Below are positions 49,485-60,275 of a DNA stretch of 64,000 nucleotides, in pieces. Every line of letters begins with the position of its first letter. The stretch's first letter is position 1. The notes beneath the pieces are model-generated. The model saw only the letters and a program-made list of their open reading frames with translations. It did not search any database and had not been told where the DNA came from. The stretch is from an uncultured virus (IMG/VR IMGVR_UViG_2820362221_000001) (taxonomy: Duplodnaviria; Heunggongvirae; Uroviricota; Caudoviricetes). Made by a program: the position numbers and the translations under genes. The stretch spans positions 1 to 64,000 of IMG/VR virus record IMGVR_UViG_2820362221_000001; one strand, given 5' to 3'.

Positions 49485-50738
49485 TTAAATCATCCATGCA
49501 GGAACAAACCAATTCTTTCTGTCCACCGGCAGTAAATCATTAGCCATGCAAACCACAGTACCATTGCCTATTTCTATTTTGTACTGCTCAAGTTCGCCGA
49601 AGCGTTCCGGTTCGGTCACAGGGTTAAGAGCTTTAAAATTCTTTACCGATTCGGTGCCGGGAGACGCCGCTTTTTTTATTTCGATTGGATATAATGTGCC
49701 ACTCTCGTAAATCAAAATGTCGATTTCACGTTTTTCCTTGTCGCGGTAATAGTACAGCGGCGGTTCTTTTCCCGCGTTGATGTAACTCTTGTATATCTCG
49801 GAGAACACCCAACTTTCAAAGAAGGCGCCGGACATAGCGCCGCGTTCCAGTATCTCGGCGTTTCCCCACTTCAAAAGATAAGCGCAAAGCCCCGTGTCCA
49901 AAAAGTGCATCAACGGCATTTTCGTGGCGCGTTTCAACACGTTATTGTGATAAGGTCGTACTAAGGCGACAAGCCCCGACGATACCAAAATCGACAGCCA
50001 GCTTTTGGCTGTGGGAGGACTGATTCCCGCGTCCTTGGCTATTTCCTCATACACGATAGGTTTTGCGGTACGCGCCGCGACAATTATCATGAAGTTATGA
50101 AATGCCGTCTCATCGGCGACTTGGGATAAGTCTTTTATGTCCCTTTGCAGATAAGTGTTCATATAGGAACGGTAAAAATCGTCTAAATCGGGAATATCCT
50201 CAGTATAAAGCGCGGGGAAAGCGCCGCGGAATATTCTTTCATATATCTCGTTTATTCCCATCTTTTTCACTGTGTTTAATCTTGACATCAGGCGTTCGGG
50301 GGATGTTGTAAACGGTTCGGACTGTATGCCGGCGATTTCGCTTGCCGAAAGCCCAAGCAAGTTGACTATACCAACCCGTCCCGCAAGGGATTCGCTGACG
50401 TTCTTCATCATGTGGAACGCCTGCGAACCGGTCAGCCAGAAATCACCTTTTTTGCCTGAAGTGTCAACGCTCATCTTGACATAAGGCAGAATGCCGGGGG
50501 CGTATTGGATTTCGTCGATTAATACCGGCGGCGGGAAACGCTGCATAAACAAAGCAGGGTCGCTCCTCGCCATATGGCGGATATCCGGGTCGTCAAGCGT
50601 TACATACTTACGCGAGTTATCCGCGAGCCGCTTAAGCAACGTGGTTTTCCCGACTTGGCGCGGTCCCGTGACTAACAGCGCGGGAAATGTCTTTGATATT
50701 TTCAGGATTGAATTTTCAATAGCTCGGTTGATATACAT
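49485..50738 (-). CDS. AAA+ ATPase (AAA_14) with C-terminal DUF4143, moron
   Basis: 'GPRQVGKTT','IDEIQ','LTGS','ESLAGR','DTGL','EIDIL...PIEIK'. Confidence 0.9.
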   Translation of the reverse strand: MYINRAIENSILKISKTFPALLVTGPRQVGKTTLLKRLADNSRKYVTLDDPDIRHMARSDPALFMQRFPPPVLIDEIQYAPGILPYVKMSVDTSGKKGDFWLTGSQAFHMMKNVSESLAGRVGIVNLLGLSASEIAGIQSEPFTTSPERLMSRLNTVKKMGINEIYERIFRGAFPALYTEDIPDLDDFYRSYMNTYLQRDIKDLSQVADETAFHNFMIIVAARTAKPIVYEEIAKDAGISPPTAKSWLSILVSSGLVALVRPYHNNVLKRATKMPLMHFLDTGLCAYLLKWGNAEILERGAMSGAFFESWVFSEIYKSYINAGKEPPLYYYRDKEKREIDILIYESGTLYPIEIKKAASPGTESVKNFKALNPVTEPERFGELEQYKIEIGNGTVVCMANDLLPVDRKNWFVPAWMI

Positions 50739-50777
50739 GGCGCACCTCTTTTTTTGACTATTCTAAAACATAACTTT

Positions 50778-50806
50778 ATTATAGTCAATTTTTCGAGTTT
50801 TGTCAA
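50778..50806 (-). promoter_or_regulatory. Consensus sigma-A promoter of ATPase moron
   Basis: TTGACA-N17-TATAAT; overlapping inverted repeat ttgactat/atagtcaa. Confidence 0.8.
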
Positions 50807-50846
50807 GTCAATCAGGCAATTTTTTTTAGAAGGGAACGGATGTTTT

Positions 50847-53800
50847 ATGGCAGAAAACTCGAAATTCGGATTGAAGATTGGCGTCGAAGGCGAAAAAGAA
50901 TTCAAGAACGCTCTCTCGGAAATAAACCAGTCGTTCAAGGTTCTCGGCAGCGAAATGCAGCTTGTGTCTTCGCAGTTTGACAAAAACGACAAGTCCGTCG
51001 AGGCTGTCACCGCCCGGAATAAAGCCCTCAATAAAGAAATCGACACCCAGAAAGATAAAGTCTCCGTGCTGGAAAAAGCCCTCGCCAACTCCGCCGAGTC
51101 GTTCGGCGAAAACGACAAACGGACGCAGAACTGGCAGATACAGCTTAACAAGGCGCAGGCTGAACTGAACGGCATGGAGCGGGAACTCGGCGAAAACGAA
51201 AAAGCCCTCTCCGGAGTCGGCGGCGAGATGAAGGATACCGGCAAAGAGGCGGGGAAACTCGGAGACGAATTCGGCGACACGGGCGAAACCGCCGACGAAG
51301 CGGGCGGCAAGTTCGAAAAACTCGGCGATGTAGTCAAAGGTATCGGCATAGCGGTCGGAGCGGCGATGGCGGCAATCGGCGCGGCTACGGTCGCGGCGGG
51401 CAAGGCGCTGTACGATATGGCGAACGACGCGGCTGCCGCGGGCGACCGCGTAGATAAAGCGTCGCAGAAACTCGGTCTGTCCGCCGAAGCCTATCAGGAA
51501 TGGGATTATGTCCTGTCACAGAACGGCGCGTCTATCGACAGTCTCGGAGCGGGCATGAAAACCCTGCAAAAGACGATGGACGGTCTGACCGAGGACGGAG
51601 ATAAGGCTTCCGAGTCGTTCAAGAAAATCGGCATAAATTTCGACGATATAAAAGATAAATCGCCGGAGGAAGCCTTCGATATGACCGTTAAGGCGTTACA
51701 GAATATGCCGCCCGGAGCGGAGAAGTCCGCCGCCGCAATGAAACTGCTCGGAAAACAGGGCATGGAACTCATGCCTCTGCTGAACCAAACCGCCGACAGT
51801 ACCGACGCTCTGAAACAGAAAGCGAACGACCTCGGCATGGTCATGTCGGGCGACGCCGTGGGCGCGTCGGCGGCTTTCACCGATTCTATGGACACCCTTC
51901 AGCGTACATTTACAGGCATGAAAAACTCAATCGGCGCGGAACTGCTGCCGGGAATGACGATGGTAATCGACGGGTTTGTCGGCATCATATCTGGGAGCGA
52001 CGGAGCGGCGGCTTCGATTGAGGAGGGGGTAAAATTCATCATCGCCCAGATAGGCGAAATGCTGCCTCGAATGCTTGAGTTGTTCACGTCAATCGTGACG
52101 GTAATCTCAAGCATCGCACCGGAACTCATATCCGCGCTGATTACGGGCATTACGGAAAATATACCCGTGCTTGTCACCGCAGCCGGAGGGCTGATTAACG
52201 CTCTGCTGGACAGTATAGTCGCGGCAATACCCGCTCTGACCGGGGCAGCCGTACAGATAATTGTCATGATAGGCACATCGCTGATTGCGGAAGCTCCGCG
52301 TCTGCTTGAAGCCGCCGCCGCGATTGTCAGCAATCTTGCCAAAGGGCTCGGCAACGCCGTCCCTATCCTGAAACCCATAATGACGGTTATCTCCGGCTTG
52401 ATGACCGCGTTACAGAAACTCACTCCGTTTATTCTGGCGGCAGCGGCGGCATTCGGAACGTTTCAGATAGTGATGACAATCGCCAACGCCATCAAAGCGA
52501 TGACAGCAGCAACCTCCGCGCAGTCAATAGCAACGGCGGCTCACACCGTGGTAATGACCGTATGGTCAACGGTCACCGGAGTAGCGACAGGGGTGATGGC
52601 GGCGTTCAACGCGATGATGGCGGCAAATCCCATCGGGCTTGTCGTGGCGGCTATTGCCGCTCTGGTCGTGGGAGTGATTGCGCTCATCGGCTGGCTTAAC
52701 CGCGAGACTGAGGAGCAGAAAGCCCTGAAAAAGAGTACCGAGGATTTGGTGGAAGCCAACGAAAAACTCATAGAATCCACCAGTGAGAGCGCCGCGGCTT
52801 ACGAAGATAAAATAAAGGGTATGCAGTACGAAGCGGAGGCAGCCGAAAGCCTTGCCGACAGGATAGCTGAACTCGCGGCGGTGGAAGATAAATCCACAGA
52901 GCAGAAAGAGCGTTTAGCGGCTTATGTCGATATGCTCAACGAAGCTATGGGTGAGTCTATCGTCCAGTACGACATGGAAAACGACGCCATGAGCCGTAAT
53001 GTTGACGAAATCTACAATATCCTCACCGCCCGTCAGGAGGAAGCGAAAGCCCAAGCCGCCCGCGAACGCGCGGTCGAGATCGCGAAAGAGCAGATGGCGG
53101 TTGAGGATCAGTTGGTGCAGATAGAAAAACAGCGCGAGGCTCTGGCTGAGGCTCTTGCCGACGGTGTATACAAAAAAGGTGAAAAAGACAAAAAGTATAA
53201 AGAAGTCGTAGATATGCTGAACAAATCCGAATCGGAACTTGTTGAGCGTCAGTCCGAGCTTGCGGACAGTTTCGAGAGTACGACGAAAGTAGTGGCGGAG
53301 AGCGCGGCGAAACAGGCTGAGGCAAACGCCGCCATCATAGAAAGCGCGGAGGAAGTCGTGGACGCTATGACCGAGGCGTACAAAACGCAGGAGGAAATAG
53401 CGCAGAAACGTGCGGAGGTTGAAAAAGAGTTGACCGACGCGATGATTATAGAGGCGAACGCACAGGGACTCACGCTTGACGAGTACAAGAAGAAATTACA
53501 GGAAATGCAAAAAGACGAAGAGGAAATCATCAAGCAGCGGGAAAAGACCCTCGAAAGCTACACCAAATCCGCCACGGAGATGTTCAAACAAATATCCGAA
53601 ACTTCTGATGTGAGCGTGACCGAAATGACTACAAACCTTGAGCATAACCAGAGAGTCATCGGCGAATGGGCTGAAAACATAGCGGTTCTGGCTGAGATGG
53701 GCATTGACGAGGGACTGCTCCAAAAGTTAGAGGACGCGGGACCCGAATCAGCGGGCTTGGTGAAAACGCTGGTGAACTCCTCAGAAGAGGAACTGGAAAA

Positions 53801-54443
53801 ACTGAGCGACACGTTCGCCAACGGCTCGAAAGTGGCGACCGACGCGTTACTCACGCAGCTTGGTATGCCGAACGTGACCAACTCCGGCTCAGACATGGTT
53901 GACAAAATCGCCGGCGGCGTTGATAACAATAACTCGCTGACGAAATCTACGGAAAAACTCATAACGACAGCGAAGTCAACGGCTGCTGATTCCGTCATTA
54001 AAAACGATTTCATTTCGGTTGGCGAATCTATCGTGGACGGCGTATGGCAGGGCTTCTCGAATAAGGAAGCCACATTCAGGAGTCAGGTATTGACGTTTTT
54101 CAAAAAAATAGTGGGCGACGTAAAATCAGAATTGGGGATTCAATCGCCATCGACTGTATTCGCCGAAGTAGGTAAAAACATGGCTCTGGGCGTTGGCGTC
54201 GGTTTCGGCGACCAGATGAATAAAGTTGCCGACGATATGCAGAACGCCATACCGATGGATTTGGATATGCCCGATTTTGATATATTCGGCGGAGTGGCTG
54301 ACAGCCGTAAAAATAGCCCCGGCACAAACGCTCCCGTATATATTTATACAACGGTGGAACTTGACAAAAAAGCTGTGGGACACAGCGTAACGCCTGTTGT
54401 TTCGCAGGATTTGGCGTTCGCCGCGAGAGGGGGTAGGTTCTGA
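50847..54443 (+). CDS. Tape measure protein
   Basis: 'FGLKIGVEGEKEFK', coiled coils, Ala/Ile-rich hydrophobic middle, 'ANPIG', 'LGIQSPS'. Confidence 0.92.
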   Translation: MAENSKFGLKIGVEGEKEFKNALSEINQSFKVLGSEMQLVSSQFDKNDKSVEAVTARNKALNKEIDTQKDKVSVLEKALANSAESFGENDKRTQNWQIQLNKAQAELNGMERELGENEKALSGVGGEMKDTGKEAGKLGDEFGDTGETADEAGGKFEKLGDVVKGIGIAVGAAMAAIGAATVAAGKALYDMANDAAAAGDRVDKASQKLGLSAEAYQEWDYVLSQNGASIDSLGAGMKTLQKTMDGLTEDGDKASESFKKIGINFDDIKDKSPEEAFDMTVKALQNMPPGAEKSAAAMKLLGKQGMELMPLLNQTADSTDALKQKANDLGMVMSGDAVGASAAFTDSMDTLQRTFTGMKNSIGAELLPGMTMVIDGFVGIISGSDGAAASIEEGVKFIIAQIGEMLPRMLELFTSIVTVISSIAPELISALITGITENIPVLVTAAGGLINALLDSIVAAIPALTGAAVQIIVMIGTSLIAEAPRLLEAAAAIVSNLAKGLGNAVPILKPIMTVISGLMTALQKLTPFILAAAAAFGTFQIVMTIANAIKAMTAATSAQSIATAAHTVVMTVWSTVTGVATGVMAAFNAMMAANPIGLVVAAIAALVVGVIALIGWLNRETEEQKALKKSTEDLVEANEKLIESTSESAAAYEDKIKGMQYEAEAAESLADRIAELAAVEDKSTEQKERLAAYVDMLNEAMGESIVQYDMENDAMSRNVDEIYNILTARQEEAKAQAARERAVEIAKEQMAVEDQLVQIEKQREALAEALADGVYKKGEKDKKYKEVVDMLNKSESELVERQSELADSFESTTKVVAESAAKQAEANAAIIESAEEVVDAMTEAYKTQEEIAQKRAEVEKELTDAMIIEANAQGLTLDEYKKKLQEMQKDEEEIIKQREKTLESYTKSATEMFKQISETSDVSVTEMTTNLEHNQRVIGEWAENIAVLAEMGIDEGLLQKLEDAGPESAGLVKTLVNSSEEELEKLSDTFANGSKVATDALLTQLGMPNVTNSGSDMVDKIAGGVDNNNSLTKSTEKLITTAKSTAADSVIKNDFISVGESIVDGVWQGFSNKEATFRSQVLTFFKKIVGDVKSELGIQSPSTVFAEVGKNMALGVGVGFGDQMNKVADDMQNAIPMDLDMPDFDIFGGVADSRKNSPGTNAPVYIYTTVELDKKAVGHSVTPVVSQDLAFAARGGRF

Positions 54444-54586
54444 AAATTTATTGTGAATTATGTTATGGAAATATTGATATATGATGGGTTTTGTGGTAAT
54501 ATTAAGATCAAGTATTTTAATTAGGCGGTATCTAAAGAAATAATGCAATACAAATATTTTGAACACGCCAAGGGAAGTAGGTATGC

Positions 54587-55456
54587 ATGGCACAACCAAA
54601 AAACAAACTCGGAAAAAACATAAGAGATTTACGAAAAGCTCATGGCGAAACGCAAGAAGAACTCGGAAGAGCCATTAATGTTGAACATAACACTATTTCT
54701 ATGTATGAGAGTGGCGAACGGGAGCCAGCACTACAAACATTACAAGCAATAGCATCCCATTATGGTTATCCGTTAGACCAACTTATCAGAGATGATTTTT
54801 CAGAATTAGATTTTTCAAAAATTGCTCTTACTTGGGAAAACATAGTGGCAATGATTGAAGTAATATGCCCTTTATTAGTTTCAGACAAAGCATTGAAAGA
54901 CCCTCATTTTGCAAAAGGTTACGAATATACACGCAAGATTGTTGATGGTTTCCAAACCCCTGAAAACGTAGTAATGCGAAGTATATTTGAAAGAGCCATA
55001 GAAGAATATTCTGAATCATTAGAGAAGTCAGAAACAATGGAATCCGCTGTAAATATTCTATGGTTAATTTATATATTATACACATTACTTCCTGATGAAC
55101 ATTCTATAAAAGTGGGAAAAGCTATATTATACGGCAAAGCCTATGGAAAAGAGTTTGTAAAAAATTATTTTCTTAAGAATAGTGAAAATGTAAATAAAGA
55201 AGAGGAAACAAATAAAAAGCTATATGCCCGCGACATGAGTGAATGCATATTAGCGTGTATAGAAATTTTGAAAAGTTCTCCGGAATACAATCATATTGCA
55301 GATTATTATTTAGCGCTTAGATATATTATCGGCGTGGTAGATACAGATTATGGGCAGGAAATAAATACAATAATCGGAATGGAAATTATGTTGTCTTATT
55401 TGTCGCTGGGTAATCCATATGCTTTTGCCTATATAGAAAAAGCACTATTTTTATAA
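54587..55456 (+). CDS. XRE-HTH protein with helical C-terminal domain (moron)
   Basis: 'IRDLRKAHGETQEELG...TISMYESGEREP'; AT-rich. Confidence 0.8.
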   Translation: MAQPKNKLGKNIRDLRKAHGETQEELGRAINVEHNTISMYESGEREPALQTLQAIASHYGYPLDQLIRDDFSELDFSKIALTWENIVAMIEVICPLLVSDKALKDPHFAKGYEYTRKIVDGFQTPENVVMRSIFERAIEEYSESLEKSETMESAVNILWLIYILYTLLPDEHSIKVGKAILYGKAYGKEFVKNYFLKNSENVNKEEETNKKLYARDMSECILACIEILKSSPEYNHIADYYLALRYIIGVVDTDYGQEINTIIGMEIMLSYLSLGNPYAFAYIEKALFL

Positions 55457-55547
55457 AAAAACTGTAATTTCACACTTTGTGAACTTCAATCTAAGAATTT
55501 TACTCTATAATGGTGCTATATAATAAAAGCCATATATAAACAGGAGG

Positions 55548-55955
55548 TTGAAGAACATGAGTGAAGAAAACAAGAGACTCTATGATAGAGTTAAAGAAAA
55601 AGTCAAGGAACATAAAACCGAAATAATAATCGCAGGCATTACTGTTGCCACAATAGTGGGAGTTGTATTGCTTACAGAAAACTGGGATGTAATAAAAAAG
55701 CAGGTCTTAATAAGCGATGTAAAAAATAGCATTATAAAAAATAAAAGCATTCCCTCTTTAACTCCTACACCTATCAATATTAACATCACAAACAATGTGC
55801 CTGTTGAGAAACCTGTTGATGTAAGTAAGCATCTTCGAAATCTTCCAATGGGGTGGAACGCATCACTTGAGAAAATTAAATCCGCTTTAGAGCATGGATT
55901 TACATTGACAGAGAATCAAACATGGGTCGATAATTATACGAAAATGTGTGCATGA
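55548..55955 (+). CDS. Hypothetical single-TM protein (moron)
   Basis: RBS aggagg; hydrophobic 'IIIAGITVATIVGVVLL'. Confidence 0.65.
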   Translation: MKNMSEENKRLYDRVKEKVKEHKTEIIIAGITVATIVGVVLLTENWDVIKKQVLISDVKNSIIKNKSIPSLTPTPININITNNVPVEKPVDVSKHLRNLPMGWNASLEKIKSALEHGFTLTENQTWVDNYTKMCA

Positions 55956-55970
55956 ATTGGAGGGAGAAAT

Positions 55971-56156
55971 ATGGGAAAAAACAAATTACCGGCTGTAGAT
56001 TTTTGTAAAATTTTAGATGATTTTGGAGAAGAAGCTGCAAGAGATACATTGAATGATGTTAATGAAGGAAGGATAAAAGTTGAGACACTCCAAAAGTATT
56101 TATACGATAAAAATGAAACCAGAGATGAATATGCCGAAAGAATTAAAAAAGAGTAA
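55971..56156 (+). CDS. Small hypothetical protein (moron)
   Basis: RBS ggagg; 61 aa. Confidence 0.6.
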   Translation: MGKNKLPAVDFCKILDDFGEEAARDTLNDVNEGRIKVETLQKYLYDKNETRDEYAERIKKE

Positions 56157-56221
56157 GAAAAAGTAATAATTAATTACACAAAATAAACATTTTAGTTAGT
56201 ACAAAAATTTTATATAAAATC

Positions 56222-56251
56222 AAAGCATCGTTTCGACGGTGCTTTTTTCAT
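56222..56251 (+). terminator. Terminator, repeat of 43015
   Basis: aaagcatcgtttcgacggtgcttttttcat. Confidence 0.8.
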
Positions 56252-56280
56252 GCCTATTTATATATTGAGGTAACAAATCT

Positions 56281-56955
56281 ATGAACGTAACTATCAATTC
56301 TGAACCGCTTACGCTTTCGGATTATATGGCGACATATCTGAATCATAAATATATCCCCTCCGCGCTTGACATAAAGAATTTCTGGGCTGACAAATCCTTA
56401 ACGCCGTTATACTTCGATACTGAACGGAAATACGACGAGTTGGAAATACAAGTCATGTTCAAGGATGCCGCGTTTACCGATATATCGGCGTTCAGCGAAA
56501 AGCTGAAGCGGTGCGAAATCCAAATCGACCACGCTTTTACTGCGGACAGGATATTTGATTGTATATTGAAAAATACGGAACTGGAAAAAGTATCACAAAA
56601 AATTTATACCGTGACATATACATTCGATTGTTTTGTTTTCGGCAAAACGCATGAAATTACGGTGGGTGATTCAATATTTATTCATAGCTCGAAAGAAACC
56701 GAAGCGGTCATAACGATAGAAAACACAACGGCGTCGGTTATTTCTGTCGCGGGTATTACCGGTTTTACTGTAAAAAATCTCGCCGCCGGTGAGATTATCG
56801 TCATTGACGGCATAAAAAAGATCGTGACCGCTAACGGTGTACACGCTTTTGACCGAGTGGAATTTTTCAGCTTTCCGAGGTTCAAGCCCGGTAATAACGA
56901 TATAAGAGTCACAGGAAACGCGGAGATAACGATAATGTACAGGGAACGGTGGTGA
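56281..56955 (+). CDS. Distal tail protein (Dit)
   Basis: First structural gene after TMP and moron; C-terminal 'FPRFKPGNNDI...YRERW'. Confidence 0.75.
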   Translation: MNVTINSEPLTLSDYMATYLNHKYIPSALDIKNFWADKSLTPLYFDTERKYDELEIQVMFKDAAFTDISAFSEKLKRCEIQIDHAFTADRIFDCILKNTELEKVSQKIYTVTYTFDCFVFGKTHEITVGDSIFIHSSKETEAVITIENTTASVISVAGITGFTVKNLAAGEIIVIDGIKKIVTANGVHAFDRVEFFSFPRFKPGNNDIRVTGNAEITIMYRERW

Positions 56956-56962
56956 TTGAGAC

Positions 56963-59900
56963 TTGGCGATGATTTATCTTAAAAATATAGGCTATCTGGA
57001 CGATGTGCAGAATTTGCACACCGTTGAGGTCTACAACAACGGCGAATATGAATTGAATTTCAACATACCAACCGACCACAAACTTTACCGTAATATCTGC
57101 GAAGAAATGGGACTGGTGTACGACGGACAGGACTATGTCATAAAAAGCATTGATGAACAAAATGACATAGCGGTTATATCCTGCCGCATTGACATTGACG
57201 CATTACAGGCAAACGCCGTGACAAATTACCGTGAGGAAAACCAACACCTATATACCCTCATGAATTTCGCTCTCACGAGTACAGGCTGGTCGTACATCGG
57301 CGCGGACAGGGTTTCCATTCGCCGTACCGTCGAACTTGAGGGCGGCAATACCCTCGACCTGCTACGGAAAGCGCAGGAAGTATATAGATGCGTATTCTGG
57401 TATGATACGGCGAAAAAGGAAATAACGGTATTTCCGTTGGACGGTTTCGAGTACAAAGGCGTATATTTTACCGACGAACTAAACACCGGCAAGCCGCTCC
57501 TTCGCGGCGACAGTTTCGATTTCTGCACACGCCTTATACCCATCGGTGCGGAGGGGCTGAAAATCGACGATATAAACGGCGGTAAAAGCTATGTTGAGAA
57601 CTTCGGCTATTCGTCAAAAATCATCACGAAAGTATGGAAAGACGAGCGTTATACTGACGTGCAGTCACTCAAGGACGACGCTATCGAAAAGTTGAAAGTT
57701 CTCTCTAACCCGAACCGCACATATTCGCTGGACGTTATCGACCTCGCTGCGGTTAATTCCGAATACAGCCATCTTTCTTTTAACGTCGGCGACAAAGTTA
57801 TGCTCGTTGACCGCAGCCGTAATGTCAAAGTCGAACATCAGGTTGCGCGGCTTATCACATACCCCGACAACCCGCAGAATAACAAAGCGGAATTGTCCGC
57901 GACGGCGAAAGGGTTTGAGAGCGTCTTACAAAATCTGACCGGAATGATAGACGGCACAAAAGTCGTAATAGATATACAAGGCAGACGAATATCGCAACTG
58001 ACACTTGATATAGAGGCATTTACGCTTGAGTTGGCAAACTACTATACACGCGGCGAAACCGAGATTTATGTCGGCTCGCAGATAAAAGCCGAAGCATCGC
58101 GCATCGATTTAATCGTCAGCGAACAAACGTCGCGGATTAATGACTTATCGGGTGAAATCGAAACCGTGGGTCATAATATTTCGGAACTTTCCTTGACTGT
58201 CGGCGGTTTCGACACACGCATCACTAATGCTGAAGGTCAGGTCTCCACTCTTTCGCAGACCGTAGGCGGTTTTGATATGAGAATAACAAATCTGTATTCG
58301 CTCGTGGACGGTTTCGACGCGCAGATTACCGAAGCCAAAGAAGCCGCAGTATCGTTATCTACGGAAGCGTTCAACGTCACTCTGCAAAATTATTCGACTA
58401 CCACGCAAATCAATACCGCCATTACCAATCAGGCAAACGCTACGCTGACATTGGCGCAGGATAGTTTTTCGGTTTCGTTACAGAGCTATTCGACCACCAC
58501 GGAAATGAACGGCACAATAAATTCTTCGGCTAATACGGTAAAAACTGAGTTAAGGTCGGAAATACAACAAAAAATAGACAGCTTGACCTTATCGGTTTCA
58601 AACGGCTCAACGAGTTCAACGCTGTCTTTGAAGTCGGGTTCGACAACCCTGTCAAGCGCAAATATAACTTTTACCGGGTTTGTGACTTTCACGAGTCTGT
58701 CATCTGCAGGGCAGACGACGATAAACGGCGGGAATTTAACGACGAACAGCGTCACAGCCGATAAGATTTATGTCACTACTTTAGCCTCTATCAGTACGGA
58801 TATCGGAAACGTGACAGCCGGAAGTATTCCCGCAGGCTTAATTGCGTCGGGAACACTGGCTGACGCAAGATTATCGACAAACGTAGTATTACTGAATAAC
58901 GCTCAAACAGTAACCGGCAATAAAACCTTTTCAGGTACGACGTCAATCGGGGCTCTATCTCTTACGGGTATAACTACAATATCGGGGAATATCTCCGCAG
59001 GCTCACAGACGGTAACCCCCGAGCAGCTTGGGTATGTGTCCGGCGTTACGTCGAATATTCAGACGCAATTAAACGAAAAACAGGCGTCGTTACCGTCAGG
59101 CGGCAATTCAGGCAACTGGCTGCGCGGCGATTTGACTTGGCAAACACACCCTGCCGCGACTATAACGCAAATTCAATTAAGCAACAGCGTACAAAACTAT
59201 ATTTATACGTCAAACACTATAAACTTTGGTACTTCATCATCAACAAATATTTCAATATCAGGAAACCGTATAACGCCAAACGGGACAAACAGTATCATCG
59301 GGACCGGGTCGGCGAGATTCAATGAATCGTATATAGCGAGTATGTACACATCGGCTGTATACGGAGGAACAGGCGGAGGTACTTCGTATGGAAATTTGAC
59401 AATAGCAGCCGGTACGCTGTCATTATACGCAAACAGTATACCCGGCGGAGGTTTTGTGCTGGGTACGGCTTCATCGAGAGTGGCGACAATTTATGTAAAC
59501 TTTATTGAAATGGCAAGCACCCTGTCGGGCGGTACAGGCGTCAGTTTGGGAACATCAACAACGCGAATCGGCAACGGATATTTCACAAATCTTAACGTAA
59601 CTAATTTTACGGTTTCAAGCCTCGGAACGTCATCGGGTTTTATTGCGAACGCCTATGTCACGACGTATAACGGCGGCACTTCCGTAACGGTCGGCACATC
59701 AACGACAAGAGTGGCTAACGGGTATTTTACAAATTTGAACGTAACTACACTAACCGTTACGACTATTTCCGGCGTGACGAACCTCGGTTCATCTTCGTCG
59801 CGTATCACAAACGGTTATTTTACGTCGCTTTTCGCAACGAACCTTGGCAGTACCTCTGTTGTCGGAACCGGTCTGTATGTTACGGGCATATTCGGCGGCA

Positions 59901-60076
59901 ATACGACGACCGCTTCAATACGATTAGGCGCGGCGCAACTCGGTTTTTACGGCGTAACTCCGATTTCAAGACAAACCGGGTGGACGAATCTATCAAATAC
60001 CGCTTGGAGTACAGCTGAAAGAGACAGAATAAACGCTATTACAACATTTTTACGAACAATAGGATTAACAACATGA
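56963..60076 (+). CDS. Tail-associated (Tal/endopeptidase-like) spike protein with coiled coil and Ser/Thr-rich beta repeats
   Basis: 'CTRLIPIGAEGL','KVWKDERYTD','VGDKV'; repeats 'GTSTTR..NGYFTNLNVT'. Confidence 0.85.
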   Translation: MAMIYLKNIGYLDDVQNLHTVEVYNNGEYELNFNIPTDHKLYRNICEEMGLVYDGQDYVIKSIDEQNDIAVISCRIDIDALQANAVTNYREENQHLYTLMNFALTSTGWSYIGADRVSIRRTVELEGGNTLDLLRKAQEVYRCVFWYDTAKKEITVFPLDGFEYKGVYFTDELNTGKPLLRGDSFDFCTRLIPIGAEGLKIDDINGGKSYVENFGYSSKIITKVWKDERYTDVQSLKDDAIEKLKVLSNPNRTYSLDVIDLAAVNSEYSHLSFNVGDKVMLVDRSRNVKVEHQVARLITYPDNPQNNKAELSATAKGFESVLQNLTGMIDGTKVVIDIQGRRISQLTLDIEAFTLELANYYTRGETEIYVGSQIKAEASRIDLIVSEQTSRINDLSGEIETVGHNISELSLTVGGFDTRITNAEGQVSTLSQTVGGFDMRITNLYSLVDGFDAQITEAKEAAVSLSTEAFNVTLQNYSTTTQINTAITNQANATLTLAQDSFSVSLQSYSTTTEMNGTINSSANTVKTELRSEIQQKIDSLTLSVSNGSTSSTLSLKSGSTTLSSANITFTGFVTFTSLSSAGQTTINGGNLTTNSVTADKIYVTTLASISTDIGNVTAGSIPAGLIASGTLADARLSTNVVLLNNAQTVTGNKTFSGTTSIGALSLTGITTISGNISAGSQTVTPEQLGYVSGVTSNIQTQLNEKQASLPSGGNSGNWLRGDLTWQTHPAATITQIQLSNSVQNYIYTSNTINFGTSSSTNISISGNRITPNGTNSIIGTGSARFNESYIASMYTSAVYGGTGGGTSYGNLTIAAGTLSLYANSIPGGGFVLGTASSRVATIYVNFIEMASTLSGGTGVSLGTSTTRIGNGYFTNLNVTNFTVSSLGTSSGFIANAYVTTYNGGTSVTVGTSTTRVANGYFTNLNVTTLTVTTISGVTNLGSSSSRITNGYFTSLFATNLGSTSVVGTGLYVTGIFGGNTTTASIRLGAAQLGFYGVTPISRQTGWTNLSNTAWSTAERDRINAITTFLRTIGLTT

Positions 60077-60275
60077 TATATGATAAAATACTGCGCGTCT
60101 GTTACGCGGTTATAGTAGTCTCGATGCTCGTGTTATAATTGCGTTGTTTTTGCTGGTCGGTAATCTCGAACAGCAAATAGAGGACTTGTCTCCGACGAGA
60201 GAACCAAAACTGATACCCATTCCTCCCGTGGAGGAAAACGATACAAATTATATATTTATATATGCGGAGGAAAAT

